Virus record (IMG/VR): IMGVR_UViG_3300011830_000001
Span: 1-64,000 of that record
Direction: 5' to 3' (one strand)
DNA from: an uncultured virus (IMG/VR IMGVR_UViG_3300011830_000001)
Lineage: Duplodnaviria > Heunggongvirae > Uroviricota > Caudoviricetes
DNA length: 64,000 nucleotides
The position numbers were made by a program, and so were the translations under genes. Positions 17,000 to 26,879 of this stretch are shown here, piece after piece. Each line of letters begins with the position of its first letter. The first letter of the stretch is position 1. Below the pieces are notes generated by a model. It was not told the DNA's origin and made no database searches. It saw nothing but the letters and a program-made list of their open reading frames with translations.

Positions 17000-18213
17000 T
17001 GCCAGTAACGGAACAGGAATTTGAACGCAGGCCAAACGGCTCGTTTAAGACCACAGGCCTCACGGCTAATGACTTCAACAAGCTGTTTAACCTGGTAGCC
17101 AAAAAGCAGCGGGCCACCCGCCGCAAGGGAAAGCGCCAGCTGACCAAAGGGCTGCTGCGCAATAAGAACCTCGAAGACATTCTCAAGCTCGGCAAAAAGA
17201 AGGACGGGACATTCTTCACGCCGGATGACCTGAAAGCCTTCCAGAAGCGCCGGGACGTTATTAAGCGCACGCTCGGGCATGAGACGACCGGGATCACGTA
17301 CAACCAGCTGATCGCCCACTCGCTCCCCATCGATGTGAAGCGGGCCAATAACAAGGTAGATGACGGATCCGGTATTTCGTCCGCCGCTTTCGTGGGGATG
17401 AAAAACGATACGCTGGTGGTGAGCGTTACAGCGTCACGCGTATCAGTCCACCAGCATCACCGCGTTGAAATAAAGCTGGAAGAGTGGCGGGACGCGCAGG
17501 ACAACCTGACGGACGACAAGAAGAAAAATGCGAAGGTGATCGCCAACCTGTGCGCGGGCCGCGTGTCGGTCAACTGCGACTGCGGGCGCTGGCAATTCTG
17601 GTATCGCTACGTTGCCACCGTCGGCAACTACGCGCTTAAGCCGTTCGAGCACGTCTTCCCAAAAATCCGTAACCCGAAGCTGGCTGGCGTCGCGTGTAAG
17701 CACATCATCCACGCCCTCACCCGCTTGCAGTCCGGCACGTGGCAGGTAGCCGTTGCACGGCAGCTGGATAAGTCCACTAACGTGATCGGCTTCGGCGATG
17801 ACAAAAAGCGCACCACGAAATTCTTTAGCGAGAAGGAGATCAAGAAGCTCTCCCGCAACCGCAAGGCGCAAACCAATCAGGCCGAGGCCCGCAAGGCTTA
17901 CCTCAAGTACAAAAAATCCCAGCGTGCCTTCACGAACAGGATCGAGAAGACCAGCGACGAGCTGGAGATGATGCGCAGCCAGCTCAACCGCCAGCGCAAA
18001 ACCATCCAGGGTAAGACGGCAAAGATCCGCCAGCAGCAGCAGGAAAATAAGCGCCTGCAAAAGATTATCGACTCCTTTTCCCAATCCGTGCAGGACGGGC
18101 TGGCCCTCCAGCGCCAGACGTTTATGGATGCCCTGGTGATGACGGGCAAGACGCCGGAGGACGCCGCCAAAGCGTGGCTGGAATACTTCAACGCAAAAAT
18201 TAAGGGCAAGTGA
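16999..18213 (+). CDS. P1 gp25-like protein (SWIM-type Zn motif)
   Basis: LGKKKDGTFFTP, HQHHRV, CDCGRWQFWYRY...ACKH. Confidence 0.88.
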   Translation: MPVTEQEFERRPNGSFKTTGLTANDFNKLFNLVAKKQRATRRKGKRQLTKGLLRNKNLEDILKLGKKKDGTFFTPDDLKAFQKRRDVIKRTLGHETTGITYNQLIAHSLPIDVKRANNKVDDGSGISSAAFVGMKNDTLVVSVTASRVSVHQHHRVEIKLEEWRDAQDNLTDDKKKNAKVIANLCAGRVSVNCDCGRWQFWYRYVATVGNYALKPFEHVFPKIRNPKLAGVACKHIIHALTRLQSGTWQVAVARQLDKSTNVIGFGDDKKRTTKFFSEKEIKKLSRNRKAQTNQAEARKAYLKYKKSQRAFTNRIEKTSDELEMMRSQLNRQRKTIQGKTAKIRQQQQENKRLQKIIDSFSQSVQDGLALQRQTFMDALVMTGKTPEDAAKAWLEYFNAKIKGK

Positions 18214-19046
18214 TGAACTACAACGATGATGAGGATTTCCCGGACGTCGATCCGCTCGCGCCGACGCCGGAAGAAATCGCGCTGGTGCGGGCCAGCCTGA
18301 ATCCGGTACCCGCGCCCGCTGCGCCTGTGCACCCGCTCACTACAGCCGAGGTGACTGACAACACAAACCACTCCGGATCGCCGGGCACTCCCGAGGATTC
18401 ATCTGATAAACAGGCATGGCCAAACCCTGAGAGCGAGATTTTATCTCGTACTGATGCCGGGCAGCAGGCCCACCAGCCCCCGCAGAAAACGGCGCTGCCC
18501 CAGCTGGATAAGCTGCATGACTTGAGCCAGATGCGCCGCCGCTTCACCGTGGATGAGCCGTTTAATAACCTGGTACGCGATGACTGGCAGAAGGCCATCG
18601 AGGGCGACCCGTTTGCTTTCGATGCCCTGCTCTTTTTGCCGGAGTATGCAGACCGCCCGGCGGACGCAGCCAGCGGTTTCGAAAAGCCGGAGTTCACCGA
18701 GATTAACGCCAACCAGCGCGAGCTGACCTACGGCGATCCGGTTGTTGTCACGCTGCTGGATTGCCCGGATGAACGCGACTCTTTCTATGCGACCGACAGC
18801 GACCAGGAAGACGACGGCAACGTTGATGATTTTCTCGTTGTGCGCAGCAGCGCCACGGGGATCCCGATTGGCTCCGTGCTGGGATGGTTTGAGAAGAACG
18901 CCGCAGGCCAGGACGTCCCGCGCTGGTGGTATGTGCTGAAAATCTTTGCCTATGGCTCGGCGAAGGTCGGCTCACTGTATTTCATGATCCCGGCCCGTAA
19001 TTTCCCCGAACAGCAGCAGGCGGAGGCTACCCATGCACTCGACTAA
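18213..19046 (+). CDS. P1 gp7-like neck/tail protein
   Basis: FNNLVRDDWQKAI, LLDCPDERD, KIFAYGSAKVGSLYF. Confidence 0.85.
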   Translation: MNYNDDEDFPDVDPLAPTPEEIALVRASLNPVPAPAAPVHPLTTAEVTDNTNHSGSPGTPEDSSDKQAWPNPESEILSRTDAGQQAHQPPQKTALPQLDKLHDLSQMRRRFTVDEPFNNLVRDDWQKAIEGDPFAFDALLFLPEYADRPADAASGFEKPEFTEINANQRELTYGDPVVVTLLDCPDERDSFYATDSDQEDDGNVDDFLVVRSSATGIPIGSVLGWFEKNAAGQDVPRWWYVLKIFAYGSAKVGSLYFMIPARNFPEQQQAEATHALD

Positions 19047-19815
19047 ACGGCACCGCCTGATCGACGTCCTGCGCACTAATGACCTGACAGATACGGGAAA
19101 GCGGGAGGTCTCCGGCTTCCATGAGGTCGATATTGCTTTTGGCAATTTCATCACTGACCTGATTGACGGCTTCTGCATTAACGAGCCGGATGCCATAAAT
19201 GCGGCCTTCCACGCCTACTGTGAGCGACCCAAAGCGGAAAAGGTGGTAATGGGTCGGTTCGATGACGTTAACGCCCTGCTGACGCACATACGCCGCGCCC
19301 GTGAGAAGGATAAAGACAACGGCAACCAGGTGCAGCTACCGCTGGTGAATATCAGCCGTAATTTTATGGTGACGTATGGCAACGGGGATCGGGCAATCGC
19401 CGATACCCATACAGGCGATTTCGTCTACAACGACAAGAAGGAGATCATCGGCGTGACCGCCAGCGTGCCTGCGACCCTCACCTATGACCTGTGGGTAGTC
19501 GGCGCGGATAAGGAATCCACCAGCCTGCTGATCAATGCGCTGGCGGCTGAATTCAGCCTCATGCTGAACACGGGCTTTAAAGCCCATACGCGTATCGCTA
19601 CCGGGCCTGCCGTACTGGATTGCGGCATCGATGGCGTGCGTAACTTCATGATGAACGACACCAGCCCTGACAGCGAATCTGAGCGCCTCTATGTGGGCGC
19701 TACCCAACTGAACGTCATCACCTCTGTCCTGATCGTCTACAACGTGACGCACGTTCGATCACGTGTACGGGTCATGACCCCTGAAACCATGCCGGAAAGT
19801 TCCACCCATGAATAA
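19033..19815 (+). CDS. P1 gp24-like tail terminator/completion protein
   Basis: Follows gp7 as in P1; LPLVNISR motif. Confidence 0.75.
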   Translation: MHSTKRHRLIDVLRTNDLTDTGKREVSGFHEVDIAFGNFITDLIDGFCINEPDAINAAFHAYCERPKAEKVVMGRFDDVNALLTHIRRAREKDKDNGNQVQLPLVNISRNFMVTYGNGDRAIADTHTGDFVYNDKKEIIGVTASVPATLTYDLWVVGADKESTSLLINALAAEFSLMLNTGFKAHTRIATGPAVLDCGIDGVRNFMMNDTSPDSESERLYVGATQLNVITSVLIVYNVTHVRSRVRVMTPETMPESSTHE

Positions 19816-22795
19816 GATCCCTTTCGCATTAGGCCGCGCCTCGGGCGTGGCGGCATCCGAGCCGGAGTATAACCAGGAGGTTAAATACATCCGGGGCCAG
19901 GCTGTCTTTGCCGGGCTGGTGGTGGCCCGCCGTGGCAAGCCGTTCTCCGTGATTACCGTGGATGCCGATAACTGGCAGCGTAAATTAGGCACGCCTGCAC
20001 ACCCGCGTGAAGGCAGGCAGTTTGAATCCCTGCGCCACGTCGCGCAGGCCGTCAACGGCGGATCCGGCAAAGTGGTGCGCGTGGTCGGGCGTGATATGCG
20101 CGTGCCGCTGCTGCGCCTGACCGTAAACGACACTCCGGCACCAGTTACAACAGGTAAGGTCAACCTCGCCGTATCCACCTTCTCTGTCAGCAAAAAGGTT
20201 TTGCTGGCGGACGGTAAAGACGAAATCACCGTGCAGCTGGTTGCCAAAGACAAAAACAACAATCTGTTGCTGAACCAGAGCACTATCGTATTCAAGTCGC
20301 TGGGCCGCACGCAGCCGACTATCAGCCAGACCTATGAGATTAACGGTACCTACTACGCCACCCTCACTGCCAACAAATCGGATCGCCTTCTGCTGATCGT
20401 GCTGGAGGGTAATGAGCGCATAGGCACTTTTGAGGAATATGTTGATGTGCGCCCGGCAATCATCGACCCGGACAAGAGCATATTCACCGCGACGCCGGAT
20501 ATCCTTGATGGCGATGGAAGCCAACAGGCCACGCTCCTGCTTAAGGCGATAGATCCGGATGGACTGGAGATCAGCGGCCTGAACAATATTGAGTTCGTGG
20601 TAACGGGTAACGCCAACCCACTGATGACCAATATTCTGGAGGTTATGCCGGGCGTTTATCAGGCCAAAGTATCCGCCAGCAACCAGGGCACAATGGTTGT
20701 CACTGTGCGTCAGAACGGCGTGCTGATGGCCCCGCTACAGCTCTCTATCCGCCTGGTGAAGGTTGTGCATGGCGGTATGACATTTGAGAATGCCAGCACA
20801 TTTGACGTCATCCCGCGTGAAATCTATGCCGATGGAAACGACACCTCTAATCTCATCTTCACCGTTGCGGATAAAAACGGGGCGCGGATTAAGGGGATCG
20901 CAAACCAGCTGAGCTTTAAGGTGGAGGGCATTACCCAATTCACGCTGAGCGCTATCACAGAACAGCGCAGCGGCCTCTACGAGGCAACCCTGCAATCAAC
21001 CGATAAGGGCCAGGCCACTATTACCCCCGTGCAGTATTACAACGGTCGGGATGTTGAGCTAAAAAAGCTTGCAGTAGACATTGAGGCCATTGAGACACCT
21101 CGCGTTGATGCAGCCCTTACTACGCTGACTAAAGACAAATCGCGCATTATCAACAACGGGACGGACTGCGTTGCTTATACGCTCAGGCTGAATGACGCGC
21201 AAAATAAGCCGATCTCCCATCTGCACGGGCTGTCTGTGGTGGTCACATCCGGGGCGGGCACGATCTCCCAGCTGAACGAATCCAAACCGGGCGTTATCAC
21301 GTTTACTGTCACCAGCACCTACTATGGCGACGTTGAAGTAAGCCTGATGCAATACGGCGCACCGCTCGGCACCATCACAGATCGCTTTGTCTCCGCCCCT
21401 GTTTCCGCCCTGACGCCGACGAACAGCACGCTGGTGGTTAAGGCTATGCAGACCGATGGCGTGGCGCAGGTGATGATTGAGCAGCCGGAGGTCAGCGCAT
21501 TAGCTGTCATTCCACCAGCTGCCCCAGCCGTTAAAACGTGGGTGCATGTCAACTTTGCTGCCGTAGAGCCATTCAGTGAAGTGACTGACGAGGGCAACCC
21601 AATCACCCTGGCCGATGATGACCTGATGGTCATTTATCCGGATGACGGCGAAGCCAGCACAAACCGCAGCGTGGAGATCATGCCGGACGTTGAGCCAGGT
21701 AAATGGCTGCTGGTACTGAACGAGACCGACAACATGGGTATTGATACCATGCTGGAGCGCTGGTCATTCAGCCTCGATCCGCAGGGCCGGGACGCGTATG
21801 GCCTGCCGGACTGGCTCCCTCTCAAGCTGGAGGCAAAAAATTCCCGCCTCCGGGCTATTGTGCAGCCGGGCGTGCCCTTCCCGGATACGTTTACGGGGAT
21901 TGAAAGTACGCGCTTTGTAGGCGGCACTGACGGCGACAATAACGCGCTAACAGTAGCTGACTACCGCCGCGCCCTGAACGCGCTCAGTGCCTCGATGGAC
22001 ACCTACAACGTTATGCTGTCGCTCGGCTGCTATGAAGGCGCGGTGATCGAAGACCTGGCCCAACATGCATGGGATCGGCGGATCGATATGTTTGCCGACG
22101 TGCCGTGTGAATACAGCCCCCAGCAGGCGTTTAACTTCATGCGTTCGCTGAGCCTGGGCAACTTCCCGAACGTGGCAATGTATCACTTCCCGTACAGCTC
22201 CCGTGACCCGTTCACCCGAATCCCTGTTGTCTATGGCCTGTCCGGAGACGTCTTCTACGCGAAAGCACGCGGCGTGCTACAGGTGCGCGGCTGCGGTGGC
22301 TGGCACTTCGCTCCGGCTGGCATGGCCCGCGCCACTATCCGCCGCTTGTCCATTGTTCCACTGCATGAGAACGCGGACGAGATCGACCGTGAAGCGTACG
22401 TGACGGCCCGCCTTAATCCGGTAGCCTCCGGTGTAACCGGGGCGCTCCAGATTGATGACTCACTGACGACGTGGAGCCAGAACAACGATCTGCAATATCA
22501 GAACATCACCAGCGTGATGAACAGCATTACCCGTGATCTGTATGAGATCTGTAGGGTGATCAAACACGACCCAAGCAATGTGCCCGGCGTGGCGCTGCGC
22601 CGGGAGATTCCGCTGCTGCTTGATGAGTATGTGAATGCGGGTGCGCTGGTGGCACCGATAGATCCAACCAGCACACCGCTGCCGTACCTGTATGAGGTGG
22701 CGGAAGACGGCTTTGACGCGTGGAAGATATCGGTAGCCGTGTGCATTGTCGGCACGGCACGCCGGATCCAGTGCGAACCAATTATTTACCGTTAA
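19808..22795 (+). CDS. second tail-sheath paralog with about 4 inserted invasin-type Ig domains
   Basis: N- and C-termini align with the 36203 sheath (MNKIPFA, RGKP, IDREAYVTAR.NPVA, TTWS.NN, ARR...EPI..R); four ~100-aa ADG..T...D..G repeats in between. Confidence 0.88.
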   Translation: MNKIPFALGRASGVAASEPEYNQEVKYIRGQAVFAGLVVARRGKPFSVITVDADNWQRKLGTPAHPREGRQFESLRHVAQAVNGGSGKVVRVVGRDMRVPLLRLTVNDTPAPVTTGKVNLAVSTFSVSKKVLLADGKDEITVQLVAKDKNNNLLLNQSTIVFKSLGRTQPTISQTYEINGTYYATLTANKSDRLLLIVLEGNERIGTFEEYVDVRPAIIDPDKSIFTATPDILDGDGSQQATLLLKAIDPDGLEISGLNNIEFVVTGNANPLMTNILEVMPGVYQAKVSASNQGTMVVTVRQNGVLMAPLQLSIRLVKVVHGGMTFENASTFDVIPREIYADGNDTSNLIFTVADKNGARIKGIANQLSFKVEGITQFTLSAITEQRSGLYEATLQSTDKGQATITPVQYYNGRDVELKKLAVDIEAIETPRVDAALTTLTKDKSRIINNGTDCVAYTLRLNDAQNKPISHLHGLSVVVTSGAGTISQLNESKPGVITFTVTSTYYGDVEVSLMQYGAPLGTITDRFVSAPVSALTPTNSTLVVKAMQTDGVAQVMIEQPEVSALAVIPPAAPAVKTWVHVNFAAVEPFSEVTDEGNPITLADDDLMVIYPDDGEASTNRSVEIMPDVEPGKWLLVLNETDNMGIDTMLERWSFSLDPQGRDAYGLPDWLPLKLEAKNSRLRAIVQPGVPFPDTFTGIESTRFVGGTDGDNNALTVADYRRALNALSASMDTYNVMLSLGCYEGAVIEDLAQHAWDRRIDMFADVPCEYSPQQAFNFMRSLSLGNFPNVAMYHFPYSSRDPFTRIPVVYGLSGDVFYAKARGVLQVRGCGGWHFAPAGMARATIRRLSIVPLHENADEIDREAYVTARLNPVASGVTGALQIDDSLTTWSQNNDLQYQNITSVMNSITRDLYEICRVIKHDPSNVPGVALRREIPLLLDEYVNAGALVAPIDPTSTPLPYLYEVAEDGFDAWKISVAVCIVGTARRIQCEPIIYR

Positions 22796-22807
22796 GAGGG
22801 ATACATC

Positions 22808-23827
22808 ATGGCTACGTTGATGCAGATGTATCTGCAATCAGTCACCATTAACGGCGGTGAGGTTAACCGCCAGGACATTTTCGAGGCCTCCTACCTGGAG
22901 GTCATGGACTTTGACGGCCCTGTCCTGATGCTGAAAATTCGGGACTCGACTAACTACTACACCGATAACCTGAAAGTGTTGTTTGATGCCACTATTGTGG
23001 CCTCTCTCGGCGATCCGGGCGGGCAGTCGCTTTTCCAGGAGACCTTCTCCATCGTGCAGGCTCCCTTGCATGGTGACTTTATCGAAATCGTGGCTATCAG
23101 CCAGGCGGTACGCCAGCTGCTGACGCCGACGGTACAGCCGCAATACTTTGTGGACTCATCGCCGTCCGACGTCGTGCGCAGGCTGGGAAGCGGCTTGCGT
23201 ACCGATCTGGATGGCCTGAATACGTCCGGTACATGGCACCTCAACAACGGCATGAAGCCCGCCGTGCTGCTCAAACAGATCGCCCGTGACGCGGGCGCAC
23301 GCGCATGGGCGACACGCGGCACGCTGAAAATGAAATTAGTGGCCTCAATGCTGAGCGCGGCCCCGTCGTACACCTACGAAATGAACAACCCCAAAGCGAC
23401 GTTTACCATCAACAAATGGCGCTGGATAAACACCGACCACGCCGCGCAGGCGAAGCACAGCCACCAATTTATGAGCTATGACGAGCAAAAAGGGTTTGTG
23501 AGCACGGGCGCGGATGGCATGCCCGTACGCCTCATCTCTAACCCGGATTTAGGCGTACTCCAGGGGCAAGCGCTGGGCCTGCTCCCCAAACTGGACGCCG
23601 AGGTCGGCGGCAATCCGGGGATCGCGGTCGGGATGACGATTAAGGTGGTGATCAACCGCTACGACAAGGAGAGCCGGGAGAACGAATCCATTCCTTCGGT
23701 CATGGTGGTGGAGCGCGTGTGTCAGTATGAGGGACGCTTTAACCATCTTACCCGGATGATCCTTGCGGTTCCCAACCAGTCCAATTCCAGTGGCCTTATG
23801 TCAGGCCAGACCTCATCGTTTAAATAG
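22808..23827 (+). CDS. P1 gp6-like baseplate hub protein
   Basis: 339 aa; YLEVMDFDGPVLMLKIRD; precedes gp5. Confidence 0.8.
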   Translation: MATLMQMYLQSVTINGGEVNRQDIFEASYLEVMDFDGPVLMLKIRDSTNYYTDNLKVLFDATIVASLGDPGGQSLFQETFSIVQAPLHGDFIEIVAISQAVRQLLTPTVQPQYFVDSSPSDVVRRLGSGLRTDLDGLNTSGTWHLNNGMKPAVLLKQIARDAGARAWATRGTLKMKLVASMLSAAPSYTYEMNNPKATFTINKWRWINTDHAAQAKHSHQFMSYDEQKGFVSTGADGMPVRLISNPDLGVLQGQALGLLPKLDAEVGGNPGIAVGMTIKVVINRYDKESRENESIPSVMVVERVCQYEGRFNHLTRMILAVPNQSNSSGLMSGQTSSFK

Positions 23828-23839
23828 GGTTGTTTTCTG

Positions 23840-24583
23840 ATGGTTTTCGATAAGCAATACCGCGCCGTGGTGGTGAATCCTGTTGACGCCAAAGGCCGCA
23901 ACAAGGTGCAGATCAAGTGTGACGGCATCATGGAAGGCATACCGGATGACGCCCTTCCCTGGGCTGAATTCCTGCTCCCGCTCAATTACCGCTATACGCC
24001 GCTGCTGAAAGGGGATCTTGTGTGGGTGGACTTCCCCTACAACGGTGACAGTCGCCGTCCGCGCATAATAGGCGGTGCGCAGGACTGGAAAGGAGACGGC
24101 AAGGCCAACGTGCCCGCCGAGGCTGGTGGCAAGTCATCAGAGCTGTACAAGCCTAAGACGGGCGGGAATATTCCGGCGTGGGCCAAATCGCAGCCGCCCC
24201 AGGTTGACGATGTGCTGGCCCGCAATAAGCTGCTGGAGGTGCGCACAGTCGGCGGCGGGTACCAGATAACCAACATCGATACGGGGGCCACGGTCGGCTT
24301 TAACGAGGCCGGGGATCTGATACTCATTGCCAAAGGCCGCGTTTACATCGCTGGGGAAAACGGGGTGATCGAGACGTCCGGCAATATGCTGATGAAGATA
24401 GGCGGCAAGTTCGATCTGGAGGTGGCTGGAGATATGACGCAGACCAGCGCCAAACTGACCGTAACGGCGAAAGGAGCGTGGGCGCAGAAAGCGGCCTCTG
24501 CTGACGTCAATATCAGTGGTTCGTACACCTTCAAGGCCAGCAGCGCCAGCTACAGCGCGTCTACGTTCGCCTTCAAACAATAG
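23840..24583 (+). CDS. baseplate spike gp5 (gpV-like)
   Basis: OB-fold LPWAE...KGDLVWVDFPYNGDSRRP and a beta-helix-like C-terminus. Confidence 0.88.
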   Translation: MVFDKQYRAVVVNPVDAKGRNKVQIKCDGIMEGIPDDALPWAEFLLPLNYRYTPLLKGDLVWVDFPYNGDSRRPRIIGGAQDWKGDGKANVPAEAGGKSSELYKPKTGGNIPAWAKSQPPQVDDVLARNKLLEVRTVGGGYQITNIDTGATVGFNEAGDLILIAKGRVYIAGENGVIETSGNMLMKIGGKFDLEVAGDMTQTSAKLTVTAKGAWAQKAASADVNISGSYTFKASSASYSASTFAFKQ

Positions 24584-24622
24584 CGGGCAAAACAACCCGC
24601 CGGAGCTGCGGCGGGTATCGTG

Positions 24623-24904
24623 TTACAGTTTCAGATACGTGGCGAGTTTCTTCGCCGCTTCATCCGTCAGCGGTTGTTTAGAAAAATCGAACAGACCAGG
24701 CATGTGATGTTCAATCCAGACCATCATGCTCGCAGCATCATCCGGTATGGTCGATTTGTTAATCACAATCGCATCTTCCGGAAGCGGGACTGCGTAAGGT
24801 TCTTTGCCTTCGTTATTGATCATGTATTTCGTTGATTTATCCAGCTCAAAGGTTTTGGTTTTCATACCTTCGCTGGTGTCATAGCTCACATTAACTTTTA
24901 CCAT
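24623..24904 (-). CDS. hypothetical protein
   Basis: GAGG RBS before ATG 24904; hairpin near 24594-24616 separates it from gp5. Confidence 0.65.
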   Translation of the reverse strand: MVKVNVSYDTSEGMKTKTFELDKSTKYMINNEGKEPYAVPLPEDAIVINKSTIPDDAASMMVWIEHHMPGLFDFSKQPLTDEAAKKLATYLKL

Positions 24905-25122
24905 AATCCTCATTCCCCCCGTTGAGTAACTGCCTCTGCAAGTAAGTACATGCGGCATAAGCCTTAACTAATTCCTACCCATTCTACAGTGAAATAAATT
25001 AAATCTAAACGTAAGTGGTAAACCTTTTCGCGTATAGGTTTACTTTGATGAGCCTGCATTTTTTCGCGGTCTAACAAGACCAATAAGCCGACCCGGTTAG
25101 AGGGGATTTTTTCGCCCCGGCA

Positions 25123-25143
25123 CTAATAAACTCCCGTTATCCT
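25123..25143 (+). promoter_or_regulatory. putative late promoter
   Basis: CTAATAAAC-6 nt-TATCCT. Confidence 0.7.
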
Positions 25144-25174
25144 CCTGGCGTAAATCAACCCATGAGGAAAAATC

Positions 25175-26773
25175 ATGTCTACACAACTGGCCCAACTCGA
25201 CAACCGGGCTAATGCCGTGCTGTCTCTGCTGTCGTCCAAAGGGTGTGATGGTCTGATGTGTGAAGGCGTCTCCGACGTCGCCCGCCATCGCGTAAACGCC
25301 ATCGCTAAGACCTGGCGCGAGGCGCTGGAGAACTATCAGGCTAAATTCAGTAAACTGCCGCCGCGTGACCTGCTGGCAAGCGCACACGGCGCACTGGAGC
25401 GCCTTCTCGGCAAAGATGCACTCGACCGCATCCCGCAGGAGCATCGCCCTTTGATGGAAGCCGCAGCGGGCGATATGAGCACCTCCGGCAAAGGCGTTGA
25501 CCGTCTGGCCCACTATGCGGCGATCTACCTGCCTGCCCTGCTGGCGCAGGAAACAATTAACCTCGCTTCCTGGGTAGACTGCTCACGTGGTCAACGGCTG
25601 GTGGAGGTGGTGCAGCTGGTTCCCGTCACGACCACTGCATTTGGTGGCGTGGACGCTGGCAAAGAGCTGCCACTGGCAGCGCCGGATATGTTCTATACCG
25701 ACTTTACTAGAACTGGCCCGTTTGACGGCACGCCGGATGGCAATCAGGCGCTTTTCTACCATACCCAGCCGGACAAGATGGCGATCAAGCCTGGTACTCT
25801 GCGCGTGCGTATCGATAACAAAGTTGTCTCCGGCTATGACGATCCGGCGAATGGCTTTGTTGATGTGACCGGGCACCCGGATTACAACGGCGCACGCCTG
25901 TCAGTAGACAACTCCACCAGCCCTGCCCCGATCCTGACGCTGGACTTCACCAACGCCAAACAAAAACCTGCGGCGGGTACCGTGCTGGCCTATGAATACT
26001 GTATCGATGACGAATGGCTCGCCAACTACCACCCGGAATTAATGCCGGGCATCAATTTCAGGATGAGGAAGATCCAGCACGCGCTCAAAAACGCGCTGCT
26101 GCGCTTTGATACCACCGTCATGGCAGCATTTGATGCGCAGCGCGAGATGGGCGTTGACCTGGGAAGCCTGGCGACGCAGGTGATGATCGGCATCATGTCA
26201 GGGGATTACGACCTGGGCCGCGTCATGCGCCTGGCGCAGACCTGTACCGACCATAGCGATATCGCGCTAGACCTGAGCCAGGATGACGGCGTTAAGGCCA
26301 ACCGGAAGATTTACCGTACCATTCTCGGCCTCAATAGCGATCTCGGAAAAAAAGCCAATTTCCTCGGCGCGTCGTCCATCGTCGCGGGTGAAGAGATCGG
26401 GAGCTGGCTGATGACTCACCCGACCTTTATCCCGGCGGTGCAGTCGCCGTCTAACCTGATGCCAGGGCGTGTCACGCGTGTAGGCTATGTGTTTGGCATG
26501 GAATTGTTCGTTGTGCCTAAGACGCTCACCGATGCAGTGAAAAATCTGCCGACCCTGAAACTTACCGAGAAGACCGTGATCCTGGTGGCGAATGACGGCA
26601 ACGGTCGCGCCCCGCTGGTGGCAGGCGACGCTATCCCGCCTGTGCCTCTGGTGGAGCGCCAGGCATCGCCGAACCTGAAAAGCACCTCTGTACTCATCAC
26701 CCAAACGCTGGGGGGTGAGAACATCGACGGGTCTAATTACTGCATTAGTGCAGATATTACTATCACCGAGTAA
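25175..26773 (+). CDS. major-capsid-protein paralog (532 aa)
   Basis: Aligns with the 34392 protein (LMEAAAGDM vs MFEAASGDM, IKPG vs IRPG, DAQREMGVDL vs DAQREFGLDL, LVAGDA shared); own late promoter and a hairpin near 26779-26802. Confidence 0.85.
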   Translation: MSTQLAQLDNRANAVLSLLSSKGCDGLMCEGVSDVARHRVNAIAKTWREALENYQAKFSKLPPRDLLASAHGALERLLGKDALDRIPQEHRPLMEAAAGDMSTSGKGVDRLAHYAAIYLPALLAQETINLASWVDCSRGQRLVEVVQLVPVTTTAFGGVDAGKELPLAAPDMFYTDFTRTGPFDGTPDGNQALFYHTQPDKMAIKPGTLRVRIDNKVVSGYDDPANGFVDVTGHPDYNGARLSVDNSTSPAPILTLDFTNAKQKPAAGTVLAYEYCIDDEWLANYHPELMPGINFRMRKIQHALKNALLRFDTTVMAAFDAQREMGVDLGSLATQVMIGIMSGDYDLGRVMRLAQTCTDHSDIALDLSQDDGVKANRKIYRTILGLNSDLGKKANFLGASSIVAGEEIGSWLMTHPTFIPAVQSPSNLMPGRVTRVGYVFGMELFVVPKTLTDAVKNLPTLKLTEKTVILVANDGNGRAPLVAGDAIPPVPLVERQASPNLKSTSVLITQTLGGENIDGSNYCISADITITE

Positions 26774-26879
26774 GCCGCTGGCGGGGTAATATTGCCCCGC
26801 CAATTCCAACTCTAAACTTTGCGAAATCTAAATGCGACTCTGATATGATTTTACAATTACTCACATCAGAGCCAACCAA

